Source: Eledone cirrhosa (Eukaryota). Taken from it: DNA of 64,000 nucleotides. Location of the stretch: the NCBI GenBank assembly GCA_964016885.1, contig OZ024743.1, forward strand, positions 269,328,001 through 269,392,000, in the 5' to 3' direction. The translations under genes were made by a program, and so were the position numbers. The first letter of the stretch is position 1; each line of letters begins with the position of its first letter. Below are positions 60,731 to 64,000 of this stretch, one piece after another. The notes beneath the pieces were generated by a model. That model saw only the letters and a program-made list of their open reading frames with translations. It was not told the DNA's origin and did not search any database.

Positions 60731-61081
60731 TTACTTCAATATATATTTACTCAACAGAAAAAGGTTTTCCAGAGTTATTAATATTAATTCAAATATTAAC
60801 AAAATAGATATTCTTGTGATCAATTATATTTTATTATACATATTTCAGAGGTACTGAGTTAAGTTCAACAGTACGTCCTCATCAGATAAAATAAAATGAT
60901 ACATGACATACCCTGACATAGTAGATGGTTAATACCTTGACTGAATCTTAACCATCTACTATGTTAAGATTGTTGTTTTTGTCATTGTTATGGTTGCAAT
61001 TGTTACTGTTGTTGTTGTTGTTGTTGGTGTTCTTATTGTTGTAGATGGTTTTGTTCCAGTTTTTGTAGGAGGTTTTGTTGC

Positions 61082-61112
<31 letters not shown>

Positions 61113-61813
61113 ATTATTATTGTTGTCAGGCGGTGGATTGGCAGTATCGGTAGAGAGTCGGATGCCATGCTTTTCAGCAAAGAGTTACGGCCCTTTATGG
61201 TCTGAGTTCAAATCCCGCCAAGGTTAACTTTGCCTTTCATCCTTACGGGGTCGATAAAATATAGTACCAGTAATGCACTGGTCTTGTGCCAAAAGTAGAA
61301 ACAATTATTATTGTTGTAGATAGTTTTGTTCCAGTTTTTGTAGGAGGTTTTGTTGCCATTGTTGTTGTTGTTGTTGTTGTTGTTATTGTTGTAGGATGTT
61401 TTTTTGCCGCTGTTGTAGGTGTTAGTGCTATTGCTGTTGTTGTTGTACATAGATTTGTTGCTGTTGTTGTAGGTGTTAGTGTTGTTGTTGTTGCTGATGA
61501 TGTTGTTGTTGTTATTGTTGAACCTGGTTTTGTTGTCATTGTTGTTGTTGTTATTGTTGCTGATGTTTTAGCAGTTGTTGTTGGTGCTGGTGGTTTTCTT
61601 GTTGTTGTTATGGCTACTGCTGTTGTTGTTATTGTGGCTGCTGCAGTTGTGGTTATTGTTAGCCGTGGTTTTGTTGCCGTTGTTGTTGTTGTAGCTGTTG
61701 TAGCTTGTACAGCTATTTTTGTTGCTGTTGGTGTGTTGGTGTTGTTGTTATTGTTGTAGGATTGGTGTGTTGATGGTGCTGCTGTTGGTGGTGTTGGTGT
61801 TATTGTTGTAGGG

Positions 61814-61872
<59 letters not shown>

Positions 61873-62246
61873 AGGGATTGGTGTTGTAGGGATTGGTGTT
61901 GTTGCTATCAAGGTTCCAGGTGTTAGTGGATTTTTGTTTTTGTAGTTGTTGTTACTGCTGATGTGTTGTCGGTGGTTGTGTTGGTACGGTTGTTACTGTT
62001 GTTGTTGTTGCTGTTGTTGTTAATTCTGTTGCTGATGTTGTTTTTTGTCGTTGTTGTTGTTAATGTTGCTGCTGTTGTTGTTTTTGTTGTTGTGATTGAC
62101 GTTATTCTTAAATTGTTTTGATATGCGTAAGTTGAATTATCGCAACAAGTCACAACTCGTTACACACACATTCACACACACATACACACATACACTCACA
62201 TAGACTCACGCTCTCTCACACATACACACACACACGCACACATATA

Positions 62247-62290
<44 letters not shown>

Positions 62291-62668
62291 CAGACACACA
62301 CAGACACAGTCACACAGATGGAAACCCACACACATGTATACACATGGACTACACATACAGACAAATGGACACAGACGCATACACAACAAATACACACACG
62401 CTTATGCATGGTAACCCACATAGAAATGGACATATAAACACATACATACACGTATTTATACACAGTAACGTCACATGCTAAAAATAATGAGTAGAAACAT
62501 TGTAGTCATCTGTGAATATTCACGTATTTGAAGACGAAATCTTCCTGTAAAGGTGTTCAGATCTAAAAACAATAAACAAGGGAGACCATTAGAGAGGTCT
62601 GGGAGTTCTGGCATTAAAATCACTCATCATATAACTATTTAGAGTTTAACGTACGTGTATGTGTCAGC

Positions 62669-62718
<50 letters not shown>

Positions 62719-63036
62719 TCACACACACACACACACATATATATATATAAGTGGATTAGAATGAAACGAAATTTCGTTTCTCACTCTTTGTACGGCACTT
62801 ACTTAAATGTAAGTATGTATGTATGTATGTATACGTACATACATATATGTATACAGACGTACAGTAGTATGTATATATATATACATACATGCACATATAT
62901 ATATATGCACGTATCGGTTTACCGAACATTTATTATAATGCTCGGTTTGTTTGTTTGTAAACAAACAAACAGCCCGAATTACGCCGTACATTGTTTAGGC
63001 AACCACGTCACCTTTTTGTTCAACACTGATACAGGA

Positions 63037-63079
63037 ACGATGTACTAGTTTCAAGCTTATTAGCTATCGTCAGCATCGT
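63037..63079 (-). ncRNA. Minimal type I hammerhead ribozyme
   Basis: ACGATG-CTGACGA-T.AGCT.AATA.AGCT.T-GAAA-CTAG-TA/CATCGT: perfect 6-bp stem I, palindromic ACTAGT stem III, GUA site. Confidence 0.85.
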
Positions 63080-63482
63080 ATACCTTCCTGCCAGATGGTT
63101 GAACGTCTGAAAGTATATACTTTCCTTATGCATATTAACGGCTGAGCATCCTGATTTGCATATCGAGTGAGTTCAGTCGGCCGGGCGCACCGAAAACGAT
63201 AAATGGAATAGAATGAAACGAAATTTAATTTCTCACTATTAGTACGGCACTTACTTAAATGTAAGTATGTATGTATGTATACGTACATACATATATGTAT
63301 ACAGACGTACAGTAGTATATATATACATACATACATGCACACATATATATATGCACGTATCGGTTTACCGAACATTTATTATAATGCTCGGTTTGTTTGT
63401 TTGTAAACAAACAAACACCCCAAATTACGCCGTACAGTGTTTAGGCAACCACGTCACCTTTTTGTTCAACACTGACACAGGA

Positions 63483-63525
63483 ACGATGTACTAGTTTCAA
63501 GCTTATTAGCTATCGTCAGCATCGC
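63483..63525 (-). ncRNA. Minimal type I hammerhead ribozyme (second tandem copy)
   Basis: GCGATG-CTGACGA-TAGCTAATAAGCTT-GAAA-CTAG-TA/CATCGT. Confidence 0.85.
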
Positions 63526-63728
63526 ATACATTCAAAACAAACCGAGCATTATAATAAATGTTCGGTAAACCGATACGTGCATATATATATGTGTGCATGT
63601 ATTTATATATATACATACTACTGTAATAATAATACGTTTAGACAGCTTAGCAAATCAAATTTGGCGATCGGCAGTCCAGCCGCACCACTAGAGCAACGAA
63701 AATACAGGAGTCAGGAAAAGATATATAC

Positions 63729-63850
<122 letters not shown>

Positions 63851-64000
63851 TGTGTCAGCGGAGACGATAAAAACAAATGACGAAATATACACACTAGTAT
63901 TTCAGTATGCATATGTAGATGTAATTTTTAAAACTTAATTGTTTAAGCGTCAGTCATACAAAAGTGAGTTACAAACGAAACGAAATTTAATTTCGTTTCG

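Larger units (their letters stand above)
62750..63625 (-). mobile_element. Retrozyme/PLE-like family A: about 1.75 tandem copies of a 446-bp non-coding unit plus an inverted truncated copy (63533-63625)
   Basis: Direct repeat 62750-63080 versus 63203-63526. Each unit has a hammerhead. Flanked by (TA)n. Confidence 0.85.

Overview
Eukaryotic, AT-rich, repeat-saturated DNA with no recognisable host gene. The dominant tRNA-derived SINE resembles families I recognise from octopus genomes, so this is probably cephalopod intergenic or intronic sequence (inference, no database search). Most long ORFs in the track are microsatellite artefacts. Real content: a 4.8-kb (GAT/GAC)n array, a 6-kb 18-20-bp satellite, a 58-bp minisatellite, about 25 SINE copies, a Tx1/L1 LINE, several R4/Dong-type RLE LINEs sitting in (TAA)n or (CATA)n, RTE-derived non-autonomous elements, two Helitrons, pogo-type MITEs and a 5S rRNA relic. 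The main observation is a set of several distinct Penelope-like (PLE) or retrozyme-like families, mostly embedded in (TA)n, that carry hammerhead ribozyme (HHR) motifs. These include a non-coding 446-bp tandem unit with two apparently intact minimal type I hammerheads (63037-63079 and 63483-63525, minus strand), a complete hammerhead at 22666-22718, a recurring U-U at the base of stem II, and fold-back junctions that repeatedly fall inside the ribozyme.
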